A stretch of DNA of 64,000 bases, from positions 62,001 through 126,000 of the forward strand of contig JAWMAR010001700.1 of the NCBI GenBank assembly GCA_036785375.1, in the 5' to 3' direction. Every line of letters starts with the position of its first letter. Positions within the stretch are counted from its first letter, which is position 1. The position numbers and the translations under genes are program-made. Below the pieces are notes generated by a model that ran no database searches, had not been told where the DNA came from, and saw only the letters and a program-made list of their open reading frames with translations. The stretch comes from Leucoraja ocellata (Eukaryota). Below are positions 45,590-59,450 of the stretch, one piece after another.

Positions 45590-48500
45590 TAGTTATCTTA
45601 AACTGGTGAATTCAATGTTCATACCATCAGGTTGTAGGCTGCCCAAGCAGAATATAAAGTACTGTTCCTCCAGTTTGTGTGTGGCCTCACTGTGGCAATA
45701 GAGGAGGCCCAGCACAGAAAGGTCAGTATGGGAATTGGAGGGGGAGTTAAAATGGTTAGTCACTGGGAACTCCAGGCCTTGGTGGATTGAGCACAAGTCT
45801 TCAGTGAAACGGTCACCGAGTCTACACCTGGCCTCGCCATACAGGAATAAGGGGGCCACAGCAGGAACACCAAATACAACAGAGGTGGTTAAAGGAGATG
45901 TACATGAATCTTTGTCTCATGTTTAGGACAGCTGAGATCCTTGGGTAAATGTGAGGGAAGAATTCAAGGCACAGGTGTTACATCTCCTGTGGTTGCAAAG
46001 GAAAGTAGCTGGAGAAGGGGTGGTTTGGGTGGGAAGGGATGACTGAAACAAGAAGTTGCAGATTGTGTGGTCTGTTGAAGGCAGAAAGGGATAGAAACAT
46101 AGAAATTATGTGCAGGAGTAGGCCATTCGGCCCTTCGAGCCTGCACCGCCATTCAATATGATCATGGCTGATCATCCAACTCCGCATCCTGTACCTGTCT
46201 TCTCTCCATACCCCCTGAACCCTTTAGCCACAAGGGCCACATCTAACTCCCTCTTAAATATAGCCTATGAAATGGCCTCAACTACCTTCTGTGGCAGAGA
46301 ATTCCAGAGATCCAGAGAAAAATGTTTTTCTCATCTCGGTCCTTAAAGATTTCCCCCTTATCCTTAAACTGTGATCCCTTGTTCTGGACTTCCCCAACAT
46401 CGGGAACAATCTTCCTGCATCTAGCCTGTCCAACCCCTTAAGAATTTTGTAAGTTTCTATAAGATCCCCCCTCAATCTTCTAAATTCTACCGAGTACAAG
46501 CCGAGTCTCTCCAGTCTTTCTTCATATGAAAGTCCTGACATCCCAGGAATCAGTCTGGTGAATCTTCTCTGCACTCCCTCTATGGCAAGAATGTCTTTTC
46601 TCAGATTAGGAGACCAAAACTGTACGCTATACTCCAGGTGTGGTCTCACCAACACCCTGTACAACTGCAGTAGAACCTCCCTGCTCCTATACTCAAATCA
46701 ATTAATGAAGATGGGAAGCTGTGACCGGTGGTGGGATCACGGTGACGGTATTTATTAGTTAAAGGAAAGCTGGAAAAACAAAGTAGTGTCACTGATCAAT
46801 GTATATGCCCCCCCCCCCAGAGAGTACCAAATGTTTTTTCAAAACTCTGTTTGACATTATTGCTTTAGAGACTGAAGGTATTTTGATATGTGGAGGGGAC
46901 TTCAATGTGGTCATGAATCATAATTTCGATACAACAAGCCTAAAAAAACCCAAGATGCATCTGACCAAGTTTATTAACACATCAGTGGAGGAAATGGGCC
47001 TAATTGATGTTTGCAGAGAACCTCACCCTTTAGAAAGGGACTACACACACTACTCAGTTCCTCACTCAGCCTACTCCAGGATTGACTACTTTTTAATGAA
47101 TACAGATGAAAGCCACAGGATCACAGAGTGTAAAATCGGGATGGCAGATGTATCTGATCACAGTGCAATCAGCTTGACAGTACACCTGAATAGTAGAAAA
47201 ATAAATACTGTTTGGAGGCTCAAGGTGGGTATTTTGAATAATAAGGCAAATGTGGACCAAATAAGGGAAGAGATAAAAAGGTACATAGAAGAGAATGATA
47301 ATGGGGATGTGGATCCTGTAATACTGTGGGATGCTATGAAGGCAGTTATACGTGGAAAGCTGATCACCCTGACATCACAAAAAAAGGCCCGACTAGCTAC
47401 GAATGAACATAAAGTAGAAAAATTGAAAGAATTTGAGAAAAAACATACAGGATCAGTTGGTAGTAAAACAGATTAAGGAAATAAGGGGGAGATGAGATCC
47501 TCAGGGGAGATATGGAAAAAAGGACAAGATTTGTAAAGCAGACCTACTATGAAACAGGACCAAAAGCAACTAGACTCCTGGCCAGGCACCTGCGTAAACA
47601 GCAGGCCTCTAATACAATTCATAAAATAATAGATCCTAAAACCAATCAATTATCAGATGAGCCAGATGAGATAGAAAGAATATTTGAAGAATACTATAAG
47701 AAACTCTATTCTAAACCACCATCAGCTGACGAAAGGACAATGAGAAGTTTTCTTAACTCACTCAACCAGCCATCCATTGGTGAGACACAAAATAATACTA
47801 TTATGTCACAATTTACAGTTAAGGAGCTGGAAGCTGCAATTAGTAGACTTAAGGCGAGACTACAAATTATTTACCTCAATCATTTGCAATAGACTCGAGA
47901 CTTTTGTACCAGATCTGATTAATGAAGACCAAACTGGATTTATTCGGGGATGTCAAAAACAGGATAATATTAGAAGAACCCTCCACATTGTGGATATTGA
48001 TCAAAAAAAGGATACAAATATGGTTCTGCTCAGTTTAGATGCAGATAAAGCATTTGATAGTGTTAGTTGGGTGTTGTTATATGAAGTACTAAGGAGATTT
48101 GGTTTCAATGAAGATGCAATTTGGTGGATTAAAACAATATATCAGGAGCCTACAGCTAGGATTAAGGTAAATGGAAACATATCAAAAAGGATCCAGTTAG
48201 AGAGGGGCACACGGCAAGGATGCTGTCTTTCTCCTACTCTCTTCGCTTTGTATATTGAACCCTTAGCACAAGCAATAAGGCAGAGAGAAGACCTGCAGCG
48301 GGTAAAAATAGGGGGGAAAGAACATATCATTGGTCTTTTTGCTGATGATATCATTATTTTTTCTTGAACGACCAGATATCTGTTTCCCAAATCTAATGAA
48401 CCTATTTGAAACATATGGATACTGTTTGGGGTATAAACCGAATATAACAAAAACACAAATTATTTCATTCAATTATTCTCCATCCCAACAAATCAGAGAT

Positions 48501-50935
48501 GCATATAATCTGAAATGGAATTCTAAAACAATGCAGAATCTTCGTGTAATTATAACCAAAACACGTTCCAACTTGTTTGAAACTAATTATAACAAAATTG
48601 AAGAAAACATCAAAAAAGATGTTGAAAGGTGATTTACCCTTCCACTAGACTTCGGTGCCAGAATACAAACAGTAAAAATGAATATCCTACCTAAACTATT
48701 ATATTTATTCCAATCTCTCCCAATTAATGTTCCCCAAGATAAATTCATAGCCTGGGATAAAATGATCTCTAGATTCATTTGGAATAGCAAAACGACAAGA
48801 ATAAAACTAACAACACTTCAACTGCTGAAAAGCAAGGGTGGAATGGCTTTACCAAATCTGAGGAAATACTTTTTGCCGCTCAACTCAGACTTCTGGCTTG
48901 TTGGTGTAGACTTGATTATGAATCTCGATGGAAAGAAATGGAAAGGGAGATACAGGGTTACCAGTCCAAGATTTTGGTGGGAGACAAATATCTGAGAGGG
49001 GCTTTGAAACATGCTATGAATCCAATAGTAGCATTTACGTTAGAAATATGGAATGTTATAGTGGAAAAAAAACAAATTAAAAAGAGGGGTTTACGCATTG
49101 AAGTGGTTCGCATATGACTCAAAGTTTATGCCAGGGGTGTATGATTCAAGATTCAAAGAATGGGCACAAAAAGGCATAACGGCAATGTATACAGTTTCAG
49201 AAAATGGCGAGTTTATGAGCTTCCAAGATTTAAAGTCAAAGTATGGTCTTGAAAACAAAGATTTTTTTAGATAGTTGCAATGAAGAGACTACTTTACAAA
49301 AGAGATAAGGCCAGAATTAGATGAAACTTCAAATAATGTGATCAAGGTGATTGTGGATGCATAGAAACAGAAGGGGTCTCGGGTCATCTCTGCTTTCTAC
49401 CAAGCTCTGGTGGGAAGCGGGGGAGAATCAATGCTCTACATCAAAACAAAATGGGAAGCAGAATTAAAGATCTAAATAACAGAAGAAGAACGGTATTAAA
49501 TGTGTGAAACACAGTGTTCATCAACAAGCTCACTTGTATGGCGAGAATGTTTGCTGGAAGAATCTATCTCACTTTTTTATAACACCCAAAATAAAAAGCA
49601 GACAACTTGCTGTCCGACAACACTGTTGGAGGCTGTGTGGGAGTACGGAGGCAGACCACTCGCATATTTTCTGCAACTGTGTAAAGATAAGGCTATACTG
49701 GGAAAGTGTTAATGCAGTTGTAAAAAATATCTTGGGTTATAAAATCCTAAATACCTGCCCTATGATGTATCTGGGGCGTATTAAAGATATTGTAAAAATA
49801 GAAGATACATATTTGATTGCAGCAAGTAAGAAGGCCATTACCAGGCAGTGGCTTTATGAAAAAAGTCCAAAACAGGATCAGTGGTTAGAAATTGTGTGAG
49901 ACATCTTTAATATGGAGAAATTGACATATTCCTTGAGTCAAGGAGAATTCATTTGAGAAGATCTGGGAAAAATGGACTGTTTATTTGAGCCATGGCACCA
50001 ATTAGAGAAATGCCGAGCTAGATATGGGAAGATTGTGTTATATAGAACTAGATGGTATGTTTGTGTGAATATTGAATTATCTCCAGATAACTAATCAATG
50101 TAATGGGTTTTATTTTAATTTGATAAGTGAACCACACGGTTATTCCTATTTTTTATTTATTTACTTCTTTTTTTTCCCCCTATCTACTTATTTTTTTTAT
50201 TTTAATTGTTGTTTTTCTAATTTTGTTTTCTTTATGGTGATGGTGTTGCACTGTTTTGTATATATCTCTGAACAATCAATCAAAATTTAAGTGAAAAAAA
50301 TGGTGATGGTAGCGGAAATGGCAGAGGATGATTTGTTGTATGCAGAGGCTGGTGGGGTGAAAGATGAGAATCAATGGATCTGTTCTTTCTGGGGGCAGGT
50401 GAGTGAGTGCAGAACTACAGGACACAAAGGATATAGGGGCAGGATGGAAGGAGGTGGACAGATAACATTGGAAGTCAGTAGGTTTGCAGTAGATGCCAGT
50501 CTATTGCCTGTCCTCTTTGAGGGAGACAGAGAGAGCAAGAAGGAGAGGGGTCAGAGGTATGCCACGTGAAAGAGGGCAGGGTAGAATTAATGGTATCAAT
50601 GGTTTCTGCACATTGTGCAAGGGACAGTCCCGATGCAATTATTGATGCGGAAGGGAAGCTTTTGGGGCATGGTGCCAGTGCACATTTGGAACAAGAATTG
50701 TTTGACATAACCAACAAAAAGGCGGAATAGCTTGGGTCCGTGCAAGTACTCATGGCCACATGTTTAACCTGAAGAACGTGAGGAGCCAAAAGAGAAATTA
50801 TTGAGGGGAGGACAGCTTCTGCCAGGCAGACAAGGTTGTTCATAGAGGGGAACTGATTGGGTCTGTTCAAAGAAGAACTGTAAGGCCTTTCCTGGTGGGT
50901 GATGGAGGTGTAAATAGACTGGATGTTGATATTAG
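45590..50935 (-). mobile_element. Penelope-like element (about 45590-46090 and 50300-50935) split by CR1 (about 46091-46697) and L1
   Basis: YGEARCRLGDRFTE GIY-YIG segment and decayed RT. Confidence 0.7.
46700..50300 (+). mobile_element. L1 LINE ORF2, decayed (APE endonuclease, RT, Cys domain)
   Basis: [31 protein letters not shown] and CWRLCG...HIFCNC motifs. Confidence 0.92.
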
Positions 50936-51983
50936 CCAAGTATTATGTATACATACAAGGAATTTGCCTTGGTGCTTTGCCCACAAGTACCAACACAATA
51001 TACAGTAGACAATTAAAAATAAAACATAAAATATAATTTAGATGAGCCAATGGGGTCCTAGAAATTGCAAGTTATTCAAGAGGTGGACGTGTCAGATGTC
51101 TCCAATGGTGGTCGGGAGGGACTGGACAAGAAGGGCAATAGAGAAAACTAATTAGGTCTATGTTCAGGGAAAACCAGAGAGCCTCACGACCTTCCTGGAG
51201 CAGTATTGAGGTGTACGGGGCCTGGACATAACAGAGGGATTACAAGGAATGTTGATGAACAGACATTGGGGTCTGACATAGGATGCAGCCCTGTGGAATA
51301 CACTGGTGAGGAAGGTATATGACGTGCTCACTCTCCTAGGTAAGGATATAGAATATAAACCAGAAACAATCTGGTTTACTGCAGGGCCGACAGTTGTTTT
51401 TCGCGCCATTTTCTGTGCGTACTACAGACATTTGTTGTCGGTGAAAGCAGCGTACTTCACAAAGGAGGCGAAGAGCAAACAGCGGGCGCGGTTTTCTCGG
51501 GTCCTGTACACATAGTCGCTATGAGATGTACAACATAAACAGATCTACCCGAGACATTGGATCAGCGGCGTGAGATTCCGCTCAGTAATAGCGAGCGTGG
51601 AACGTTGCTAAATAAAGTCCCGCTGATAGCCCGGGCCGCCACTGTAATGATATAATGTACAGCTGGGTAGAGCATGTGAAGGATAAAACAACCCAGTGAC
51701 CCAGACATTAATTCGGGACAACTCACGGTGTCTGTGGAAGGGCCGAATAATGACGTGTGACGCGGGGGAAACTGATCAATAAAGGAGTTTGTTCTTGGGG
51801 AGACGAGAACGCGTCACAAGGGGTTCACATGGTAACCGGGTCCGCCCGGGACACTGGAGCCCGTGGGGTCAGACTCCGCTCGGCAGCTGTGACTGCGGTG
51901 CCAGTTGTGGTAAGAAAGGCCGGGACCGTAATGTAAGAGGACAATGAACAGGAGGACACAGCTCTTTCCACAGCCGGGTTGGT

Positions 51984-51999
51984 GGCTCTTAAAAGAGCC
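51984..51999 (-). terminator. Histone 3' stem-loop (H3)
   Basis: GGCTCTTTTAAGAGCC ACCAA ... GAAAGAG. Confidence 0.95.
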
Positions 52000-52022
52000 T
52001 TTTGTTGTCGTTGGTTCCGAGT

Positions 52023-52439
<417 letters not shown>

Positions 52440-53198
52440 TCAACACTTGTATTACAGCCTGAAATAGAGGCACTGGAATGACGGAGCCGGCTCTGGAGCC
52501 GACTTTTAAAGCCTTGATGAAGGGCCGGCCCACAGCGTGAGATTGGCTGTAGTACAGATGCAAACATGTCGTTCCCGCGCTGCGATTGGCAGCAGCTCAG
52601 TCAGCAACTGGCCGCCAGTTTCAGGTCTGAGGCCGGCGGGGAAAATATTATTTGTGACCAAATACAGAGATTTGTGAGCGGCGGCCGGAGCTCAGACAAC
52701 CAGTGAGGGCAGGCACACTGTAGTGTGGTTGGCTACTGGTTCAATTTCAAATTGCCCGCCAATTTAACAGCAAGCGGGAACCGAGGTACATACTCCCTTG
52801 CAATTGTGAATGCAGCATTATTCTGTTCCTACCAACATAATTTCGATATAATTTAAATCACGTCGGTAAACCACCAAGTCTGAATAGATTGGATATATAC
52901 TACTGCTTGCCGGGAAAGTTTCGAGTCGACCTTTGTGTTGCTGGATTTACAAAGTGTTAAATAGCAAAGGGGAAAACGGGGATAGCCTTTATGATCTTTG
53001 GCCTGGAAAATAGTCTACTATAAGCACCTCTTCAGTTTAAACCTTCAGAATATCTGGCTAACTTCGCCTTTCTTCATCACAACCGCTGAAAGCAAGAATC
53101 AATCAAATGCATGCGGCGATCGGGCAATAACTAAAAGTTCATTCAGTACAAAGTGTGATCATACTCCCGGCCACTGCTCCCTTTGTGAAATGGTGGGT

Positions 53199-53214
53199 GG
53201 CTCTTAAAAGAGCC
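53199..53214 (-). terminator. Histone 3' stem-loop (H4)
   Basis: GGCTCTTTTAAGAGCC ACCCA. Confidence 0.95.
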
Positions 53215-53248
53215 TTTGTTTTGTCGATTGGATAAAGGGTAGAATTCT

Positions 53249-53569
<321 letters not shown>

Positions 53570-54181
53570 TCACTCAAGTCGCTGCACAATAAAAGGCCGA
53601 ATGCTACTGTCTCCTTTTATACACAGCGCCCCGACCTGGTCGAGAAACGCAGAGAGAGAGAGAGCGGGGCGAGAAGGGGAGTAGACAGTCAGAGTGACAG
53701 ACAGAGCAGAGAGCGGCCTCTCATCCCCAGCTCCTCCTCCAGTTTTCTGCAACCGCCAAACTTCAACGGTTTGCTGACAATACCCCCAAGACTCAGCGCC
53801 CCACAAACTTTCACAGGCACGGATCCAACATTAAAGTTCAATCAGTAATATTTCTGTCTAAATGTATTGACAATTAATGAGTCTCCTTCCCATTCATCTT
53901 CAGAGCCCGTTCCCTCTCCCCATATCACGCCTCCAACACAATTCAGTGTTATTAACCCGCTGATCTGGGGATCCTCCTAGTTGGACTTTGGGCTGTGAGC
54001 GGGAATTCACCATCTGTGTTGCAATTTCAGAGAAGCCTTAAACTGAGCCCAATATCTGTGTTTATTTCAGACACAAAGGACGGGGCAGCGAATTACCGAG
54101 GATCCCAAGTTTAATGGGAATAATCCCATTGGCAGACCCGTCCCTTGATTCATGATCAGCTCTTTCCGGGGAGATGTGAGT

Positions 54182-54197
54182 GGCTCTGAGAAGAGCC
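54182..54197 (-). terminator. Histone 3' stem-loop (H1)
   Basis: GGCTCTTCTCAGAGCC ACTCA. Confidence 0.92.
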
Positions 54198-54233
54198 GTT
54201 GGGTTTAGGTCTTTACAAGTTGATCTTTTTAAT

Positions 54234-54890
54234 TCATTTTCTTGTCGTTTTCTTCGGGACTTTCGCCGCTGGTTTCGGCTTCGGCGCTTTTCTCGACGTC
54301 TTTGTTACTGGGGGCTTCCTGGGGCTCTTGGCCTTCTTGGCCACTGATTTCTTAGCCGCCGGCCTCTTTGGTGTTAGTTTCTTGACACCAACTTTCTTGG
54401 CGGGCGATTTCTTGACCCCAACTCTCTTGGCGGGAGATTTCTTGTTTACAGTTTTCTTGGACATTTTCTTTGCCGGTGGTTTCTTGGACGGGGTTTTTTT
54501 GGCGATCGGATTTTTGATCTTCGAAACCTTGGACGCTGGTTTCTTGGCTTTCTTTGCCATTTTCACGGCGCCTTCTTTCGCAGCGGCCTTGAAGGAGCCC
54601 GAGGCGCCCTTGCCCTTGGTCTGAACCAGGGAACCGGTTTCCAATTTCCTCTTGATGGTCACCTTGATGAGCTTGTGGTACTTTTCAACATCGATACCGC
54701 TGGCGGCCAGTCCCTTCTTTACCGCCACCAGGGACATTCCTCGCCGTTCGTGGCAATCCGCAACAATTTTGTCGATCCGTTCCCCCAGCTTGGGACCGGC
54801 GGTCTTTTTCCGGGCGGCCGCCGCCTTCTTCCTGGGAGCCTTGGTTTGGGCGGGCGGAGGAGCCGCTTCAACGGCTGCGGTCTCGCTCAT
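54234..54890 (-). CDS. H1: Linker histone H1, 218 aa
   Basis: MSETAA start, globular domain ending [14 protein letters not shown], Lys/Ala/Pro tail with S/TPxK motifs. H1 box AAACACA at 55026-55032. Confidence 0.95.
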   Translation of the reverse strand: MSETAAVEAAPPPAQTKAPRKKAAAARKKTAGPKLGERIDKIVADCHERRGMSLVAVKKGLAASGIDVEKYHKLIKVTIKRKLETGSLVQTKGKGASGSFKAAAKEGAVKMAKKAKKPASKVSKIKNPIAKKTPSKKPPAKKMSKKTVNKKSPAKRVGVKKSPAKKVGVKKLTPKRPAAKKSVAKKAKSPRKPPVTKTSRKAPKPKPAAKVPKKTTRK

Positions 54891-56080
54891 ATCAGCAACT
54901 CTGCACAAGTTATCTCTCACAGTCAGGACTGGGTGAGAAATGAAACGAGAGGCGGCGGCACAGAGCATCTTAAAGGCAGAGAGCGGACGGGGCGGAAACA
55001 TCCTGTTGTCAGCTCACAGCGCCACTGTGTTTCTCTCTCCTCAAAAAGTCTCCGATTCTCATGAAAATCGGACACCTTTGTGTCCCAGATCGCCCCTTCT
55101 CAATCCTTGAGGCCGGGAGGTTTGCTTTAGAGAAGGTTTGACCCGAATTAAATGCAGCACTTTCCATTTAAACTAGTTTCATTGCTACGCTGAGCGTGTT
55201 CTCTGCCCCGATCGCTGAAATACTCGCTACTTTTCGACTGAAATGTTAAAACTAACTAACACGTTGCGGTTCTTTCGCGCCTCAGGATTGAGATCACTGG
55301 CGGGGCGAACTTGTGACAGGAAAACATTTTAATTTTCCACCGGGGGGGGCTGGGAAATCCAGCGATATGATGGCACCCACAAACACAGTGAAATCAGTCT
55401 AAATCGCGGGTCCCTTTAACATGCAGAAACGAGGAACTGCAGCTGCTGGTTTACAAAAATAGACACCATGTACTGGAATAATTCAACGACTCAGACAGCA
55501 TCCATGTGTAAATCCAGGCCAAAATAGAGGCAGAATAGAACCAACATTTAGCAGAGGATTACACAGAAAAGCAGAGGATTCATGCATTGCAAAGGCCTTT
55601 TTGGCCAAGTCTGTATTTCAGTATAAGAACCCACAGGCTGCTGGCTCGTGCCAGGAAGTTTAGGTCCCAGATCAGTGTTTCAGATAAGACATGTATAAGT
55701 ATCTCTTCAATTGTCAATATGTATGAGATTCTTGCAGAGGACCACCACCATATTGTAAATGCATGAGTTTGATTGGATTGCTGCAAAAGATATGTAAATA
55801 ATGTTGCAAGACAGTTCCCCTGCTGTTTGTTGATTGGCGAAAGTGTTAAGCCGGAGCAGAATTGTTTTGAGTTCCAGGGTAAATGATGTATTATTCAATG
55901 GACTAAGTAAGTTTATTGTCCAAGTATTCGCATACAAGGAATTTGCCTTGGTGCTCCGCCCACAAGTAACAACATGACATACAGTGACAGTTACGAATTA
56001 CTCCGAAAACACTAAACATTAATAGTAATAAAACACCAAATGATAAAACATTTCTGCAAGAAACATTGTTTTAGAAATAC

Positions 56081-56452
56081 TGTAATTGGTTGGCAGAACT
56101 GTCAAAAATGTATTGATGTAATTAATATGATTGATTGGACTGTAAAGAGACTAACACTATGTAGTTCGGCCTCTTAAGGTTCATGGACCTATAAAAGGTA
56201 ACCTCATTTTAGATAGGTGTCGATCTTCTGGAGGGCCGCTTGGGACTGCGTGACCTTTTGGTGTGTGTCTGCTTGCATGAGGCTGAAGGGCTTGGCCAGG
56301 TAGAGACAAGGATCGAACCTGCGGTGGTGTATGTATCGTATAGGGGAATTTGCTGTTCATTCTAAAAATAAAGTTCAGTTGGTCCAGTGCCTGAGTCAAT
56401 GTTTTTTACTGAACATGACAAGTGGGATAAGTTGGAGAAGAGTGTATTTACA
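56081..56452 (+). mobile_element. Probable solo LTR
   Basis: TGTAA...TTACA termini with internal TATAAAA and AATAAA; TSD not recoverable. Confidence 0.5.
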
Positions 56453-58832
56453 CATAGAAACATAGAAAATAGTTGCAGGAGTAAGCCTTTCGGCCCTTCG
56501 AGCCATTCAATATGATCATGGCTGATCATCCAACTCAGTATCCTGTACATACCTTCTCTCTACACCCCCTGATCCCTTTAGCCACAAGGGCCACATCTAA
56601 CTCCCTCTTAAATATTGTTTTGTATTGTATTCAATTTATTGTCAATATCTCATAAGAGACAACAAAATGGATTCTCCTTACAGTCAAGTAACATTAAAAA
56701 ATAAATAATTAATAAATAAAACATTTTTTTTTTAAAGCACAAACACAGGTCCATGACACAACATAACCCCACAGTGGCACCAAAGTGGAGGAAGGTGCCA
56801 TAGTCCAGCCAGACTCCCTGCCGATCTTCCTAGATGTTCACCCATGGTCGGGGCCTCCCGAGCACCCGCAGTCGCTGCCACGGGCAGCCCGATGCTCAGG
56901 CCCTCTCGCCGGGAATGATGGAACCCCGACGGAGAACATCCTCAGCGGCCCAGACCTCCAGATCAGCCACCTCCCACCGGAGTCCGCGGCTCCTGAAGGC
57001 CACAGGCCGAGCCGGGCGTAGTCGCAGGACTCCGCGATGATGATCAGCCCCGCCCGCATTGGGAGCTCCGCGAACCACAGCTCCGCGATGTTGGTGCAGC
57101 AGGCCCAGCACTCCGGGGCTCCAAACCGCAAACCCCGAAAGGCATCGCCCGCTCCGCAATGTATCAAACGCTGCGCCGCCGCTGCTGGAGCTCTGGTCCA
57201 GTAGGTAGGCCGTGGGGGGTGGCGAGGATTCGACTCGAATAGTAGTCGCATACTCTCCAGGAAGCAACTGTAGGACGGTATCTCCTGGGATGAACCGTAG
57301 CCTCTTCCCCCACATAAAGACATTAAAAACCCCACAAAAAACGTACATTTAACATAACAAAAAAACAAAAAGATACCGGACTGAATGCGGAGTCAGCTAG
57401 CAACAGCGCCACCAGATGTCCAATATACCCAATGAACTGGCCTCAACTACCTTCTGTGGCAGAGAATTCCACAGATTCACAACTCTCTATGTAAAAAATG
57501 TTTTTCTCATTTCGGTCTTAAAAGACTTCTCACTTATCCTCAAACTGTGACCCCTTATTCTGAACTTTCCCAACATCGGGAATAATCTTCCTGCATCTAG
57601 CCTGTCCAACCTTAAGAATTTTGTAAGTTTCTATAAGATTCCCCCCTCAATCTACTAAATTCTAGCCGAGTACAAGCCGAGTCTATCCAGTCTTTCTTCA
57701 TATGAAAGTCCTGCCATCCCAGGAATCAGTCTGGAGAACCTTCTCTGTACTCCCTCTATGGAAAGAATGTCTTTCCTGAGATTAGGAGAACAAAACTGTA
57801 TGCAATACTCCAGGTGTGGCTCACCAAGACCCTGTATAACTGCAGTGGATCCTCCCTGCTCTTATATTCAAATCCACTTGCTATGAATGCTAACATATCA
57901 TTCGCTTTCTTCATTGCCTGCTGCACCTGCATGCCTACTTTCAATGACCGGTGTACCATGACACCCAGGTCTCGTTGCATCTCCCCTTATCCTAATCGGC
58001 CACCATTCAGATAATTAGATACTTTCCTGTTTTTGCCAGCAAAGTGGATAACCTCACATTCATCCACATTATACTGCATCTGCCCTGCATTTACCCATTC
58101 ACCCAACCGATCCAAGTCACCTTGCAGCCTCCTAGCAATCTCCTCACAACTAACACTGCCCCCCAGCTTCCAGTCATCCGCAAACTTGGAGATGTTGCAT
58201 TCAATTCCCTCATTCTGATCATTAATATATATTGTAAATATCTGGGGTTCCAGCACTGAGCCTTGCGGTACCCCACTAGTCTGCCATTCTGAAAAGGACC
58301 TGTTTACTCCTACTCCTTGCTTCATGTCTGACGAATCTTATATAATTTGTCAGACATGATTTAACTTTCATGAATCCATGCTGACTTTGTCCAATGAATA
58401 CACCACTTTCCAAATATGCTGCTATCCCATCTTTAATAACTGACTCTAGCATTTCCCCCACTACCAATGTTAGAGTAACTGGTCTGTAATTCCCCGTTTT
58501 CTCTCTGCCTTCCTTTTTAAAAAGTCGGGTTACATTAGCTACCCTCCAATCCTCAGGAACTACTACAGAATATAAAGAGTTTTGACAAATTATCACTAAG
58601 GCATCCACTATTTCTGGGGCTACTTCCTTAAGTACTGTGGGATGCAACTTATCTGGCCCTGGGGATTTATCGGTCTTTAATCCATTCAATTTACTTAACA
58701 CCACTTCCTGGCTAACCTGGATTTCACTCAGTTCCTCCATCTCATTTGACCCCCGGTCCCCTGCTATTTCCGGAAGATTATTTATGTGTTCCTTAGTGAA
58801 GACAGAACCAAAGTAGTTATTCAATTGGTCTG
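56453..58832 (-). mobile_element. CR1 LINE interrupted by a GC-rich non-autonomous retroelement (about 56614..57420)
   Basis: KSPGPD, GNYRPV and KFADD motifs. The insert is flanked by aatat and has a (caata)n tail. Confidence 0.82.
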
Positions 58833-59353
58833 CATGGAGAAAATGGATAAGTGATGTTTCGTTTCAAGATGCACTTCAGACTTTCGTGCCTTTAATATGC
58901 TCCCTCTGTCGCAATGTTCACATGGAGACATATAGCACGATCAAGGCCCTTTGGCCCAACTTAATGCTGCCGACCAATATGACCCTCATACACTAGTCCC
59001 ATTCTTGATTGTTGATGTTAAGGTATTTTGCATTCATCTTGATGTAAAAGTATTGGACATTGTATCTGTTCCTCTCATCATTTTATACACCTCAATAAGA
59101 TCACCCTTCAGCCTCCTTCACACCAAGGAACAACATCCTAACCTGGGCCTCACTGTAGCTCAGCCCCTCAAGTCATGGCAACACACTTGTGAATCTTCTC
59201 TGCACTTCCAGCTTAAAGACATTCATCCTATAACAGGTTGTTTAAAACTGAACGCAATACTCCACTGCAAGATTGGCAACATATTGTACAACTGTAACAT
59301 GAAATCCCAACTTCTATGCCCAGTACCCTGACTGATGAAGGCCAATGCACCAT

Positions 59354-59450
59354 GGCACGGTGGCACAGTGGTAGAGTTGCTGCCTTCAAGCGCCAGAGAC
59401 CCAGGTTCGATCATAACTATGATAGGTGTCTGCACGGAATTTGTACATTC
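59354..59450 (+). mobile_element. tRNA-derived SINE 5' part
   Basis: A box TGGCACAGTGG and B box GGTTCGATC. Confidence 0.75.

Noticed and set aside
51164-51409. MARKTT... ORF as an H3-like gene
   Set aside because: No histone similarity beyond three residues and no stem-loop.
59354-59425. tRNA gene
   Set aside because: A and B boxes are present, but there is no closed cloverleaf and it continues into SINE body sequence.
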